A stretch of DNA of 64,000 bases from Octopus sinensis. Lineage: Eukaryota. The notes beneath the pieces were generated by a model, which had not been told where the DNA came from, made no database searches, and saw only the letters and a list, made by a program, of their open reading frames with translations. The stretch's first letter is position 1. Each line of letters starts with the position of its first letter. The stretch lies in NCBI RefSeq assembly GCF_006345805.1, contig NC_043007.1:7254001-7318000 (forward strand), read 5' to 3'. Both the position numbers and the translations under genes were made by a program. This document shows, one piece after another, positions 1 to 14,262 of the stretch.

Positions 1-430
1 TATATGCATATCTATTGGTCATTTTTGATTCATACGTATGTACATACGATATTAGTATTTGTCTATGTGTTTACTGATTCCTTTACGCTGTCACTTATAA
101 GATCCAGGCGAAGACGTTCAATCGTTTGTGCAGGTCTATTAGTTTCACTTGAGCCAATGAAGTAATGACATTTACCTTCCTTTATATATTGCGATACATC
201 TTCATTTTCAGTGCTTTCCGTTGTTCCCTTATTGGAGATAAGGCGAGACAAATACAAGCCCTAAATGCAATTATTTGAAATTAAATTTCTCGCAGGTAAC
301 GGTATCTGAAAAATTGGTTTCTTCAATGAAATGTAATAAAGAGTACAATTTTTGCACCAAGTAACTTTGTTAAATATTAGATTCCGAAGAATTATTCCTC
401 TTACATATTTTCCCCAGCTCTTATTTTTGA

Positions 431-506
<76 letters not shown>

Positions 507-1722
507 TAATTGATCATGCGACCCGGTTTTAGGTCATATAATTCAAACTGAAGGAAGTTTGGACAGATACAGATTAATATTAAATGGTATTGTGATAAAG
601 CACAAAGCACAAAGTATATTTTGGCTTGAAATCAACGTGTTGTTTATTTTGTATCTAAATCCACCAAAAAGATAATCCATCTACCGAATTGCAAGAGAGT
701 AAAGAATGGTATAATCCTCGTACGTAGAGGACACTCCTTATGATATATCAAAGCAAATAATCTTTCCACTTTCGAGCAGCTTTCGTAGACAAATATAAAA
801 TGTTATCGTATTTCCCGTGGCTTTTACTTCACAAACAGAACAGATATTATCTACCTCGATTCAAGTAAGACAATAACACTTTCTTTCCGCTTACATATGA
901 AACCTAATAATGATATCAGCCTGATAATAGAGTATTAAGTCGTAATCTGACTTTGCTCTCTCGTGTTCAGATCTACTTTTCATTTCGTTTAGTGCAGAAG
1001 GTGATGAATAGCCATCTTGGTTTTTGTTTTACTTTCTGTTTTAGTTCTTTCTTTATGGGAGATTTTTACTTGTTTTTCTTCCGTATTTAAAAGGTATAAA
1101 CTAAAATGAAAACCACTTATAAGGATACCGTTAAGATATTTATTATAAGTCAGAAGGATTTTTAGTAGTATTATAGTATTTATAGTTACCCTGTGCCTAA
1201 TAGTTCAGCTTCGAAACCATTTAACTTGATTCACTACTTCTCAATTCTCTCTGGAAACATAAGAACGGTTAGAGACTCAACTAGCTTACTTTGCAAGTGG
1301 ATGTCAGTTTTTTTTTTTCGCATGTACCACGAAATGATCATAACAAAATTATACATTTTACGTTCCTAATTACATTTCTCTTTTTAAATATATCGTGAAA
1401 AGCTTTGGTAACTCTGGATTGTTATACTCTTGAGAAAGCCAACAAACTTTATAAATTAGTCGTGAAAGAGGGCTATTTTCATCTGTCTCACTAAATGGAG
1501 AAGCGAGGAGATAACATCATAAATAATATCACAATATCATAAATAACAAATTTATTAGAGAAATATTATCTTCCGTCTCAAGAGAGGAAGTATTTATTTA
1601 TAAAGTGGTAGCATGCTATCACTCTATCGTGCTGCTACGGCATAAAACTCTTTGAGAGATTAAGAAATATATTATTTTTATTTATTTATGTCTGACAATT
1701 ATATTTCAGTAAAACAAATTTA

Positions 1723-1889
1723 AGGAGTAGCTGTATGGTAAGTAGCCTGCTTACCAACCACATGGCTCAGGGTTCAATCTATCCTGGTCTATTATCTGTG
1801 ACGGTATCCCATACAACACTAACCTCGGAGCTCGCAGACTCTGTTTAAGAGAATCGCTCCTCATCCTTCACAACCAAAGCCCTTCATGA
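1723..1889 (+). mobile_element. 5' head of SINE family B joined to a PLE GIY-YIG C-terminal remnant
   Basis: ggagtagctgtatggtaagtagcctgcttaccaaccacatgg..ggttca matches the head at 60540. It is followed by a frame reading LSWSIICDGIPYNTNLGARRLCLRESLLIL, similar to the W..Y..C.LC..K..L end of the 27822 ORF. Confidence 0.55.
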
Positions 1890-2356
1890 ATAGATTTTCC
1901 AATTTAATCCTTTCATGTAAATATATATTCTACTGATCGTTTGCCTACTATGTTAAATCTGTGTGATTCCCTAATTACGATATAGAATTAAGTTACAACT
2001 TAGTCACACTAGAAAGATATTCTTGCTACCAAACCCACCCCTTATATTATATATTTCTTCTTAAGAGTACTTTTGAACTCTTCTTACACAGCACATTCCA
2101 TTTACTGCCAGCCCATCCTCATACTTCCAATTCCCTCCTCATCTCCTCCTAACCTATTAAACCTTCTTCCCTTAATTATCTGTGACTTTCTACTTTGTGT
2201 AAGTTTGATCTGTTAATAGATCAATATCTTTATATTTATATATGGCCATTCGATCTTAGAATATTCTCAGTTTTTTCTTTCTATTTACTTGTATACATGG
2301 ATGTATATTGCGTATTTCTAGCTAAATCAGTCGTATTTGTTTAATTGTATCATTAT

Positions 2357-2448
<92 letters not shown>

Positions 2449-3016
2449 TGTGTGTGTGTAGCGATTACAGCTGGAAGACATGTTCAGAAACACAAAGTCC
2501 GTCCGCTTCGTTTAAACATTTATTTGTAAAATGTAAAAACTTTTTATCGCTGGAAACTGCGATACTTTCACTCACGAAAGTCAGTGAGAAAATTGTGCTC
2601 TACGATTTTGCAGCACATGTTTAGTCAGTGAACAGTTCGCAGTTTCGAGGAATGTAACTTTTATCACCATTTGAAGAACATATGCGAAGTCAACGGTCTT
2701 TATGTGCTTCTGAATGGTGGATTCGTGCTTACGATGCTATTTTCACTTTAGTTTCAGCTTTTGATCGTAGATCAAAATACTTGCCGTGCAAGTACGTCAC
2801 CATACACACACACACACACACACACACATCTATTTATGTGTATAATTATGTGTGTATATACGAGAAGGTGCTGAAAGGTTCCTGGCTTTAAGGGTCTTGC
2901 GAAGAGTGATTGGAGAGCCAAACTTTTGATTTTATTTTTCTTCTTAGAAAAGCTGAAAGACCGCCGCAGTGTGTGAATATGAAAGGGGAATATGCTGAAT
3001 AAAATCCTTATTACTG

Positions 3017-3066
<50 letters not shown>

Positions 3067-3231
3067 TGTGTATGTGTGTGTCTGTATATGTGTGTGTGTG
3101 TGTATGTGTATGTGTGTGTGTACGCACGTTTATGCATATATATATATACACACACCACAGAGACAGACAGACAGACAGAAAGAGAGAGAGAAGTATTTTT
3201 GTAAATGTAGCGGCAATATATTTTGTTACTA

Positions 3232-3417
3232 AGGCCGTGAGTTGGCAGAAACGTTAGCACGCTGTCTTTACGTTCTGAGTTCAAATTCCACCCAAGTCGA
3301 CTTTGGCTTTCATTTCGGAGTCGATAAATTAAGAACCAATTGCGTACTGGAGTCGATCAAATCGACTGGCCTCTCCCCCCAAAATTTCGGGTCTTGTGCC
3401 TAGAGTAGAAAAGAATA
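3232..3417 (+). mobile_element. SINE family A, tail type 2
   Basis: ggcagaaacgttagcacg..ctgagttcaaattcc..gtcgataaattaag..ttgtgcctagagtagaaaagaat; internally deleted copy. Confidence 0.85.
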
Positions 3418-4361
3418 TGTTTTGTTACTAATTCTTGAATTGTCGCCTCCTATTTCAACTTTATCACGTGATACCTCCTATTTCAGTTACGTTTCAATCT
3501 GTTGCTGTAAATCATTTTAAATTTTGTTTTACAACTTTCGCCCCCTCTTTTTGACAGTCTGCGACGTAAATGCTATTTTGTTGCCAGTCGTGTAAGATTG
3601 AGTTAGATAAACAAAAGTATATCATTGTTGTTTGTGTGAGTGCGAGTGAGTAATTGACTATCCACCCCCCGCCCCCAAATTCCAGGCCCTGTGCCTATAA
3701 TAGAATGGATTATTATTATTGTGTAATTTCGGATCTTTATCTCCAAAATACTTCCAGCAATTCGTTGGAAGTCGTGTCTCTTCCAATGCCGAACAATGTT
3801 GCTTTAATTTAAAGTATATATCACTATCGAAATTAATCTAATTAGATTAATAATTAACTCTTAATAAGTAGCAGTTCTGGTCCTGTTTCATTTGTTCTTG
3901 TCATTAGTCAAGAAGTTAATCATTTAACTAATTAAGTAAACGAATGCTGGATTGGTCGTTCGATAAATCTATCAAAACACTAAGTTATTAGAATGAGGTT
4001 TCAAAGTATTTTCGTCGTCGTACCTACACGTTCACTTACTCTGCAATGTACAAGAACAATACTTACACACTGACTCGCATAGGTAAACGGAAGCCCACAC
4101 AACTACATTCATCCCCCCACCATCACACACACACACACACACACATCCCAAACGTATAAAAGCAATAAGAAAGCCGGGCGGCAACGAGATTGACTCGACG
4201 CAACGAAGCCAAGTATGTGACATGGTCGCGAATGGTGACGAAAGAACCTGACAAATGAAACCGACAGACGGACGTCTTGATTGGACGATTAAGAAAGGTA
4301 ATGGATTAGTTAATTGCTTAATTGATTAACTAGTTGATAAAGGAGGAACACGATGATGATG

Positions 4362-4635
4362 ATAATAATAATAATAATAATAATCCTTTCTAGAAAAGCC
4401 ACAAGGCCTGACATTTGGGGTGGGGAGTGTTTCATTACATAGGCTCCAATATTGGCACAATGCCAGCAAGTTTGGGAGAAGGCGTGTCTGCATTATATCG
4501 ATTCCAGCATCGAACTGCTACTTATTTTATCGACCCCGAAAGGAAGAGAGCCAATGCCGATCTCAACAGAATTTGAACTCAAAACGTAAAGACGGACGAA
4601 ATGCTGCTAATGAATTTTTCCGGCGCACCAATAAT
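4362..4635 (-). mobile_element. SINE family A, tail type 2, diverged, with (TAT)n end
   Basis: ttatcgaccccgaaagga..gaatttgaactcaaaacgtaaagacggacgaaat is the reverse complement of the family A core; (AAT)n at the left end. Confidence 0.75.
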
Positions 4636-4705
4636 TCAGTGTTAGCATGTGAAATATAATCATTGCGGATGTTTCTTATTCGCTAAATGAATTTCCTGAC
4701 ACACA

Positions 4706-4759
<54 letters not shown>

Positions 4760-5017
4760 TATATATATATATAATTCGATTAGAGGTTGTGTTAACATCA
4801 TGAAGGGATGGTTTCATCCAAAGAAATACTGGTTCAATACCTAATATTTTGGGGGGAATTGATTTCCTTAAAATAATAGCTATATCTATAAAACCATACA
4901 GTTTATATTCATATAAAATGGAGATTATTGCATTAACTCTCTCGGAATAGAAACTTTCCTCAGCACAGTAAGAAAACACGCTGCTCTATACACACGCACA
5001 CACGGACACACACACAC

Positions 5018-5054
<37 letters not shown>

Positions 5055-5847
5055 ACACACACACATAGTGGAATACAATCGATCACAACAAAAGGGTTGA
5101 TTGGGCTTCAGTCTGTGCAGGCTTGTATAGAAAAGGTGAAATAAATTACAAAAGTTTATTAATCCATGTACCGAATAAACTTCGGCCCATATTGAAATTA
5201 TAAATTATAAGTTGTAAATGATGAAATATAAAATGTGAGAGTGTATGCAACTCCGGTACAATAGCAACTCACGATGCACTGTATGTGATAATTAAATAAG
5301 TGAAGGGAAAGAAGGGACAAAACAAAAACACGCTATATATGTTCGAAAAAGTTATGGAGTCTGTTTTATGTAACATTAAAACTGTTATATAATTTTAGCA
5401 TGCACCTCTTTCTCTGCTGTTTGTGTTGGGAAATGGTTGGCCGTTAAGAGTTAAGGAAAAAATCATAATAGAAGTAATACAAACCTTTTGAAAATAAAAA
5501 TGGGAGTGGAAATTGTGATTTCGGTAAACCGCGAATGGTGCCTCGTGCAAACGATTCAAATCTGCCGAGATAGAAGTAGGTGTGGCCTTGGGAGATTTAC
5601 TTGTTATCTGCATGGTCTAAATTATAATGGGAATAGAAAGCATCTAATGTGATTAACATTATCATTATTCAGTTAAAACGCGACAGAGAGGCGCCACTAT
5701 AGAAGAGTTTGAAACAATAGAGAGGGAAGCTTATGGAATGGAGAAGATAAGGAGAAATACAAGAAGGGAAAAGGGGGAAAACAAGGAAGTAAAGAAACAA
5801 TTCTAGATATAGTTAACAATATATGTGTATCGCACACACGGTTACAG

Positions 5848-5932
<85 letters not shown>

Positions 5933-5986
5933 CATACATACATACATACATACGTATGTAGATAGGTAGGTAGGTAGCTAGCTAGC

Positions 5987-6042
<56 letters not shown>

Positions 6043-6087
6043 CAGAAAGACAGACAGACAAACAGACAGACAGACGGACGGACGGAC

Positions 6088-6139
<52 letters not shown>

Positions 6140-6194
6140 GGACGGACGGACAGATAGATAGATAGATAGATAATAGATAGACAGACAGACAGAC

Positions 6195-6261
<67 letters not shown>

Positions 6262-6298
6262 ACAGAGAGACAGACAGATAGAGAGAGAGAGAGAGAGA
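5848..6298. repeat. Compound (GATA)n/(CATA)n/(GACA)n microsatellite
   Basis: Directly visible. Confidence 0.95.
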
Positions 6299-6495
6299 TT
6301 TATACACACAAAACACACACCTGTACATATCCAAATTTAGGGAATGGAGTATATAAATTTGGATTTATAGTCGCATACGCTGCAATCCCTTCGATATGAG
6401 AAATATTTACCTTCTACGTCAATGAAACATTACTGTTCCTGAAAGTTGTTCTTTATACCTTCCACAGACTCCTTGAAGCCTACTAACTTCCTACA

Positions 6496-6600
6496 CTTTG
6501 ATCTTTGCATCTATATTTTGGATCTATATTTTGGATCTATACTTGGATCTATATTTTGGATCTATACTTTGGATCTATACTTTGATCTTTGGATCTATAC
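6496..6600. repeat. 13-bp minisatellite (tttggatctataY)
   Basis: About 7 imperfect tandem copies. Confidence 0.9.
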
Positions 6601-7190
6601 ACACTCGCACACGCGCCCATACACACACATATATACATATGTATGTATATATATCATCGCCGAAAACACACATGCTTCTTTGTTTAAAAAAATCAACACT
6701 ATGAAATTATAATTCTTAAATCTAAGGGAAGAACAGAGTGGCTACATTGTGTAATAGCAGCACATTTATCGCGATCCGGTCCCACCCGTTCATAAAACCC
6801 ACTTTCTTTCCGTCGGTAGGGTGCTATATACCCCAATATCAGACTATTTTCATTAGTTAATACAAGGTGATCGCTTATAAGCTTAATTATTATAATTTAT
6901 TTACAGAAATATCACACGTTAACGTGTGTTGTATATATATATATATATATATATTGATTTTGATATATCTGTATACATACACATATGCATTATGTATATA
7001 GGCTGATTGGCACAGAAAGATATTGCGTGTCTTAAATCGAATTTTATGCACAGCTAATGTCGCTAAGCCATCAAGATATGGCAAACAGTTACTCCTTATG
7101 TAAATAACTCACTGTTTGTTGTTTCATTATTGTTCAGTATTTGCGTCTCATCAAAAGGGAATTGCATATACTATCTTTAAGAGAGTACAT

Positions 7191-7250
<60 letters not shown>

Positions 7251-7487
7251 TATATATATTATATATATATATATATATATTTATATACACGTATATATAT
7301 GTATTATATATATATATACACGTATATATATGTATGTATATCTATATACTTATACGTGTATGTGTGTGTATGTTTCTGCGTATAAATGAATATAAATATA
7401 TATATATGTATATATATATGTTAAATAAAATGAGACAACAAAGCCAAGACTGTGTGGATTTTCAGGGCATTTAGAAAGAGACAGTTA

Positions 7488-7535
7488 GTCTTACAGCTGT
7501 TTCTGGGTTATTAGGGATATCCCTTCATCAGAGAC
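7488..7535 (-). ncRNA. Minimal type I hammerhead ribozyme motif
   Basis: Minus strand: gtct CTGATGA aggg..ccca GAAA c-agct-g TA agac. Stem I gtct/agac, palindromic stem III, GUA site. Confidence 0.75.
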
Positions 7536-7544
7536 GATATATTT

Positions 7545-7599
<55 letters not shown>

Positions 7600-7637
7600 T
7601 AACAAAGTTCAGTTGTGGGGTATCGCACGAGTGGAAT

Positions 7638-8065
7638 TATATACGAAAGAAGGTTTGAAAATGCAATTTAAAAGATGTTTATTTACTTTACCAGTTTCAT
7701 TCTTTGGAAAAAGATTATCAAAAGTAACATGTGGAAGTTTGGTTGCGTTAATTATTGGTTGTTGCAAATTGCTACATTACATGTATATATATAAAAGTTC
7801 AGTACTTTAATCTTTTCTGCCCATTTTTTCAATGATCTTGTTAAACCTCTTTATGTTCTCAACATACTGTTGTACTTTTTTATGTCCTTAACATGTCCCT
7901 TTTACCAAAGACTGTATATATATATATATGTAATGTAGCAATTTGCAACAACCAATAATTAACGCAACCAAACTTCCACATGTTACTTTTGATAATCTTT
8001 TTCCAAAGAGTGAAACCGGTAAAGTAAATAAACATCTTTTAAATTGCATTTTCAAACCTTCTTTC

Positions 8066-8072
<7 letters not shown>
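7638..8072. mobile_element. Foldback element with 145-bp inverted arms (7638-7782 and 7928-8072), each with an HHR-like motif
   Basis: Arms are near-identical reverse complements (two differences seen). Right arm 7983-8027: ttactt TTGATAA tcttt-ttcc-aaaga-gt GAAA ccgg TA aagtaa. Confidence 0.8.
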
Positions 8073-8135
<63 letters not shown>

Positions 8136-8242
8136 AGAGATTAAATACATTCCTACGCAGGAAACAAGGTGGGAGAATTTGGTCTAGGATTTGAAAATGC
8201 ACCTGAATTGTTGCATTGTTGCACAGACATCGCTTCACAACG

Positions 8243-8415
8243 GATACTGCTGTGTTTATGTCCCCTTAAGATAGCGGTTCGGCAAAACACACTGATATAA
8301 TGAGTACTAGGCTTGCAACAAATAAATCCTGGAGTCCATTTCTTCGACTGAACCTCTTTAAGAGTGCTCCAGCATGACCAGAATCAAATGACTGAAACAA
8401 GTAAAACGGTAAAAG
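8243..8415 (+). mobile_element. SINE family B, 3' half
   Basis: gtgtttatgtcccc..agcggttcggcaaaa..gtgctccagcatgacc..aaatgactgaaacaag matches 60790-60945. Confidence 0.8.
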
Positions 8416-8422
8416 ATTCGAG

Positions 8423-8747
8423 TAAAGACCCTCTTCGATCATGAATGATCGTGGAATTGCACGGTGAAAGTTCCCCTCCAATGTACAAATCCATGCAAGG
8501 TTGTTTATGGAAGTCCAACAGTCACCCATGTATACCAGCCTCCCCTCTCCACGCCACTGATGTTATACAAGGGAAAGGCAAAAGGGGCCGATACAGCTTA
8601 GCACCAGTAACGTCGCAACATATTTCTGCAGCTGAGTGAAATGGAGCAACGTGAAATGAATTGTCTTACTCAAGAGCACAACACAACACAGCACAGGTTG
8701 TTCGAACTCACTACCTCATGATTGGGAACCCGACGCTCTAACCGCTG

Positions 8748-8749
<2 letters not shown>
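8423..8749 (-). mobile_element. tRNA-headed SINE with a CORE-like centre (family D)
   Basis: Minus strand begins ctcagcggttagagcgtcggg..gagttcgaac (A/B boxes), followed by tgtgttgtgctcttgagtaagac..ttcacgttgctcca. Confidence 0.7.
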
Positions 8750-8786
<37 letters not shown>

Positions 8787-9919
8787 AAAGATTCGAGTCG
8801 ACTCAACTCTAGGAGTGAACCGGTGCTACATTTATTGGTTCTGAAAAGATGAAAACCAAATTTGGTCTCGGCAGGATTTCAGCCCATAGCGAAGGGACAC
8901 ATAACGAATACCAGAAGGCATTCTATCCTACACTTTAATGACCATCATTTCGATACCTTCAAGCTAATTAAAAACAATAAAACCTATGAGAAATAAATTG
9001 TACTTTAATTAGTTAGGGATATTTATTAACATTAGAAAAAATATTTCTTGGTAAGATTTTAAGAATAGGTTGTTTAATTTGTTTAATTTCATTTAGTTTC
9101 TGATGGATTCTAAAATTTTCAGTTACATAGCAACACAGATCAAAGTCATAGTTTGTGTTTTTACTTCTTCTCTAAGTTCCTCATTTGCAGAAACCCCTTC
9201 AATATATTCAGCGATTTGTAGTTGAGATAGAAAGTACAATGATAACGAACCGACCTCATACATAATACGATAATACTTCGTGTTTAGCTCCATTTCAGCC
9301 ATGAATAAGCAGAGATACAATCAAACTTGTCCATGGCCATCTCGTCTTTTTGTATTTCTCTATCAAAAATTACAGTGTTCAATGTATCTCAGTTTCAGAA
9401 ATGGATTTGACAGTGACTGTTATTTCTGGCAAATCGAAAGGTCGTGCATAGACCGCCTTCGTTACTCTATTCACATCGACAGAAACAATGCAAAGTTGAC
9501 TTATGCTAGATTTGAACTCGTTACATACAAGTACGTTTCTGGTTCCTAGAAATGGAAGGAATTCAAGACAGTTTACTGCAGCGCCCTCGGCTACATTCAA
9601 AGTTGGTTTTTGTTTTCATTTTTTTAATATTAATTATTGCAGTTATTGATTATAAATCTATGGTATTTTTATACTAACCATACCAGTTGCGAATTATACG
9701 TTACGTGAATAGAAACAGCGGGCGACACAGAGAGTATGAAACACAGAAAGAGTAAGAGAGAGAAATGGAAAAGAGTAGGAAGTGAGTGGGTGAGTGAGTA
9801 CAAATGAGAGAGAGAGAGAGAAAAAGAGGGGGGAATACGGGAGGGGGCGATAGCATTAGAGGAGAGGAAAAAAGACTAGAAGCATGAGAGATATACAAAA
9901 TGAAAAACATAACTAAAGA

Positions 9920-9968
<49 letters not shown>

Positions 9969-10397
9969 TTGAAGATAAATTATAGCATTAAATGAAACAG
10001 GTGATGAGTGGCGTGTTTCGATTTTCAGCAGAAATATAAACTCTATAACTAATAATGAAGGCAAGCGCATTGACTCACACACCCAACACTCCATGGATCA
10101 ATAATTGATATTGATTAGAAATCTCAGTGGTAGATTAGCGTTTCATTTCAGCAAATTCCCGGCACTCTTTCTTCAAAGAACTGGAATACCGCTGATTTTC
10201 GTTTTTATTTTTCATCATTTATTTATTGCTTTTTTTTCTGTTAATGGAAATTCTTCAAATGATAGGAATGAAGGATTATGAACCTTCATTCCCATCACCA
10301 TATACCATCTTATTCCCTTCCACCCTCTTACCAATTCCATAATCCTTATCAGTCTTGCCTTCATATTTATAGATGTATCTCTATTTTATCCAAAGCT

Positions 10398-10756
10398 GCA
10401 GGCATGGCTCTGTCGTTAAGAAGTTCGCTTTGCAGTTACTTGGTTTTTGCGTTCAGTTCCACTGTGCGCTACGTTGAGCAAATGTCTTCTCCAATAGCCG
10501 TGGGCTGTTCAATATTTGGGGAATAAGTTTCGACGGAGACTGAGTGGAAGCCAGTGGAACATGTATGTGCGTGTGTATCTCTCACTGTATGTGCAGCTTT
10601 GTGTTTGTGTAAATTCTTGTAACCTGGCGGGTTCGGCAAAATGGGATAGAAGTGCGAGATAAAACAGTAAGTACTGGTATCGAATTAATCGGTCAAACAC
10701 TTCGAAGTGGGGCGCTCCAGCATGGCCACAGTCCAATAATTGAAACGAACGAGTAA
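10398..10756 (+). mobile_element. SINE family B, diverged near full length
   Basis: Colinear with 60540-60953: head, ttgagcaaatgtcttct, gttcggcaaaa, gctccagcatggccacagtc. Confidence 0.75.
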
Positions 10757-11141
10757 ATTAAATGATTTCGCTCATGCGCACGATTTCATCCAATCAGAAA
10801 TCGCAACCATCTTTGTGGTGACTGTAAAACATTACAAGGAACGCTGCCACAAAGACAACACCAAAACATCAAGAAGACATTAATAAAGACACTATAACTG
10901 CTAAAACCTATAAACATACACGGAAATTCGCTCGTGTACAATTTTCTACTTTCATCATCGCATCCACCGTCATAAAAATAATAGCTCCAACCATCAGCGC
11001 CATCTATATTTCACCAGCTTTGTTCTCATATTATCGTAACTATGAACAGAGTCACGTTCACTACAACAATTCACTAACTGTTGGTTCAGTTGATAAGATT
11101 CATGCCGTATTATTGATTGTGTTATTTTGTAATCGAGTTAC

Positions 11142-11370
11142 GGCGCGTGGTTGAGTGGTAAAGATCTTGCACTCATGACCGTAAGATTGTGATTTTAATT
11201 CTGGACGAGGGCAATGTGTTATGGGTTTTTCATTAAGCAGCAAAACAGTTTACGTTGCCTCAGTCCACTCAATTGGCAAAAACGGGTAACCACACAACGG
11301 GCAGGCATATATATTCTTCCCCTGGGAACTGGCCTTATGAGCCGATGTCCCGGGAAGGCCTTCCATTCTT
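11142..11370 (+). mobile_element. Diverged tRNA-headed SINE
   Basis: ggcgcgtggttgagtggtaaag head; the tail gggaactggccttatgag resembles the end of the 17611 element. Confidence 0.55.
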
Positions 11371-11844
11371 TTTTCTTAATTATTATTAGGAACTGAACAA
11401 TTTATGAGACCATCGCCTTTGAAAGATATAAAGGTGTACTTTGAGGAATATTTAGCTTGTATGTTTAGTATCTCTAGCGAATTGGAACTCGTTTTGTAGC
11501 CATTATCAAGCAAAATGAAAGCAGCCATTAATATCTGCAATATAAAAATATGAGAAAACAACTAACAGCCATGAATTTATATAATAAAATATATATATTC
11601 CATTTATCAATTTCTTAATTAGTGGAAATCGACAAATTTGCAGAAGAAGGTTTGAATCGATTGAATCGATTTACAGTTTGTTGCAGCTGCTGATTTTATC
11701 AATCTTTGAATAAATAAAAAAAAGTTGGTTGATCTCGGCCGGGTTTCAACTGCAAATAAGTCACGAAATTACGAAATCAAATAAAATAATTTCTCTGCCG
11801 CTGCGCAGATCCCATCTCGTCTATTGCTTTCTCGTGTTTTAACT

Positions 11845-12093
11845 TTTACTTGTTTATTTCATAGGTCTGTCACCATGCTGGAGCACTGCCTTGAAGGGGG
11901 CCAGTCATTTCAATTGACCCCCGTACTTGTAGCTGAATTTAGTGTTTATTCTATCGTCCTCTTTTGCCGAACCGTTAAGCAACTGGCACTTAAAGAAAGG
12001 CAGCACCTGTTTCTAATCGGGGCGGTGGGGTTAAACACAAAGCCGCATACTGTTACACACCCATACACATAAAAGTATATATACGCATACGTG

Positions 12094-12162
<69 letters not shown>

Positions 12163-12335
12163 TATATATATATACATATGATATATATACGATGGACTTT
12201 CACACAGTTTCTGATTACCATATTCACTCACAAGGCACTGGTCGTCGACCTGGGGCTGTAGGAGCAGACACTTGTCAAATTTGTCACGCGGTGGAACTGA
12301 ACCCCAAAATCACAAGGTTTGAAAGCGAGCTTCCC
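11845..12335 (-). mobile_element. SINE family B, diverged, with expanded internal (TA)/(CA) repeat
   Basis: ccatgctggagcactgcc, ctcttttgccgaaccgttaag and ttcactcacaaggc..agacacttg are reverse complements of family B blocks. Confidence 0.7.
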
Positions 12336-13934
12336 AATCACAGAACCAATCACAAAATTCATTCTCTGTAACAAAACTCAGAGTAGCATCCAAGAGGTGG
12401 CTCGATTAGTTAAAAACCACAATTAGATCTTAGGGTGAAGAAACGACGTATTATAGGGCTGCGTTATCCAAACTTTCCTTTCCTTCTTTTTCCGTATATA
12501 AAGGTGTGAAATCGTCAGGAGATTTGGTTGTTATTTTTAACAGAGAGTGCGACCACATAGATGCCTTCTCGTTATTTCGGCAATGCATCGACAAATCATG
12601 AGACAAATTCCAGTAAAAGACTGGGATGCCATCCAGTTGGATCTTGATCTCACATCTGGTTGAAAAGGAATAGAAATAAGGGTAAGTCACAACTATAATA
12701 GGTTTACTGGATCAGGTCTGATAAGGGCATGAACCACAGCGATCCCCAGCAAAACAGAGAATTTCCAAACGGTCAGTTAACGTGCTAGAAAAAACCGCTA
12801 ATTTGTTAATTCTCCGTTAATTCACAGTTTGGTGTCTATTAAAAAGAAAGGACAGAGGCCGTCAGTTTTAGTCTTAGCTTTTGGGACGGTTAAAAGGACG
12901 AGATGGTCTCATCGGTTGAAATGTATATATATTTGTTTTTATATATACCCAGGTCTCTTACCCATTTTTTTAGGAGGGAGTAACTACAACAAGGCACACC
13001 AGGCATTCCATTTATTTCCCAGCTCAAAGAGGTGCGCCCCGTCCTATGTTCGGGTCAAGGCATAGAACGCAACCCCTTGAAATGCTATTAATTAAAGTGT
13101 TGTTTTATCAAGGGTTACGACTTGAGACCAAATAACTGAAAACTGAACAAGTCAAAACACCTTCAACATTGCTATTAACTGCCAATACACCAACAGCTTC
13201 GCCAACACAATCGCTACTCCTACCGCCATTAGCTCTGTCAGTATTACAACGGTAATGCTTGACAACAATAACTACAACAAAAACAGAAAGCCGTCTTTGA
13301 AACAACATATAATGTATTGAACATAGCAGGCGTCGTTATGTGACAAACTGCACCCATTATACTAATATAACATAGGATTCAGTGAAACAGATCAATAATT
13401 CTGCACTTTATGATTATATCAATGGATTGATTGAATGCATTGGATACGAAAAGCTTGGTTATAAACACAAAAGATCACTGTCTGTATTTAGATCAATTGA
13501 TTGGAACAGCCAGGGTATTGAACATCGACATAAACCATTCATAACCAGTTAGATAAGCAAGCAGTGTTCAATAGTTTGCATAACCCGGCTTTGGTCAATG
13601 CAGGTCGAACAGAAAAGAAAGTCTGATAATATAACTATTATAAATAGTAATGCGATGAAATCAAAATGACCGAGGGTTACGGTATGGTGTTACAATGGCG
13701 CGCATAACGAGTGAAATGCTACAGCATGGTCCCAATTTGGCGTTCCGGCCGAGGCTGTCTCATCTTTTTCCTACCTAGCAACTTAAATGTTCAATCAATA
13801 CTTACCCTACTTTTTGTTTCATTTTGAAAGACAGCAATCAGGATGTGTTTTGCGTGAGATTTGACTGTTATGTTCAGCATTTCGAGCGACAGGCCAGACA
13901 TTACGTTTTTTCCTCGCGAATGCGTAGATACGGG

Positions 13935-14262
13935 TGTTGGTGATGGTTGAGTGGCGTTGTGGATGGTATGGTGATTGTATTAGTGGTGGTGGTGGTGGTC
14001 ATCGTCATCGTCGTCGTCGACGTGTTGGTGGTAGTGTTGTTGGGTGCTGGTGGTGGCAGTGATAGTGGTGGCAGTGGTAGTGGTGAAAGGTCGGAGTCGT
14101 CGTCGACATGTTGGCAGCGGTGATGGTGGTTGTGATTGTGAAGGTTGTCAACGTTGACGTTTCGGTATTAGTAGCTGTGGTGTTGGTGTTGTTGTTAGAG
14201 GGCAGCTGGCGGTGGTGGTGTGGATCGTAGTCGTCGTCCTCACCGTTGTTGTTGTTACTGTT
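13935..14262. repeat. Low-complexity GGT/GTT/CGT trinucleotide tract
   Basis: Directly visible. Confidence 0.85.

Noticed and set aside
63-257. Possible GIY-YIG remnant (CHYFIGSSET)
   Set aside because: Too short and ambiguous to call.
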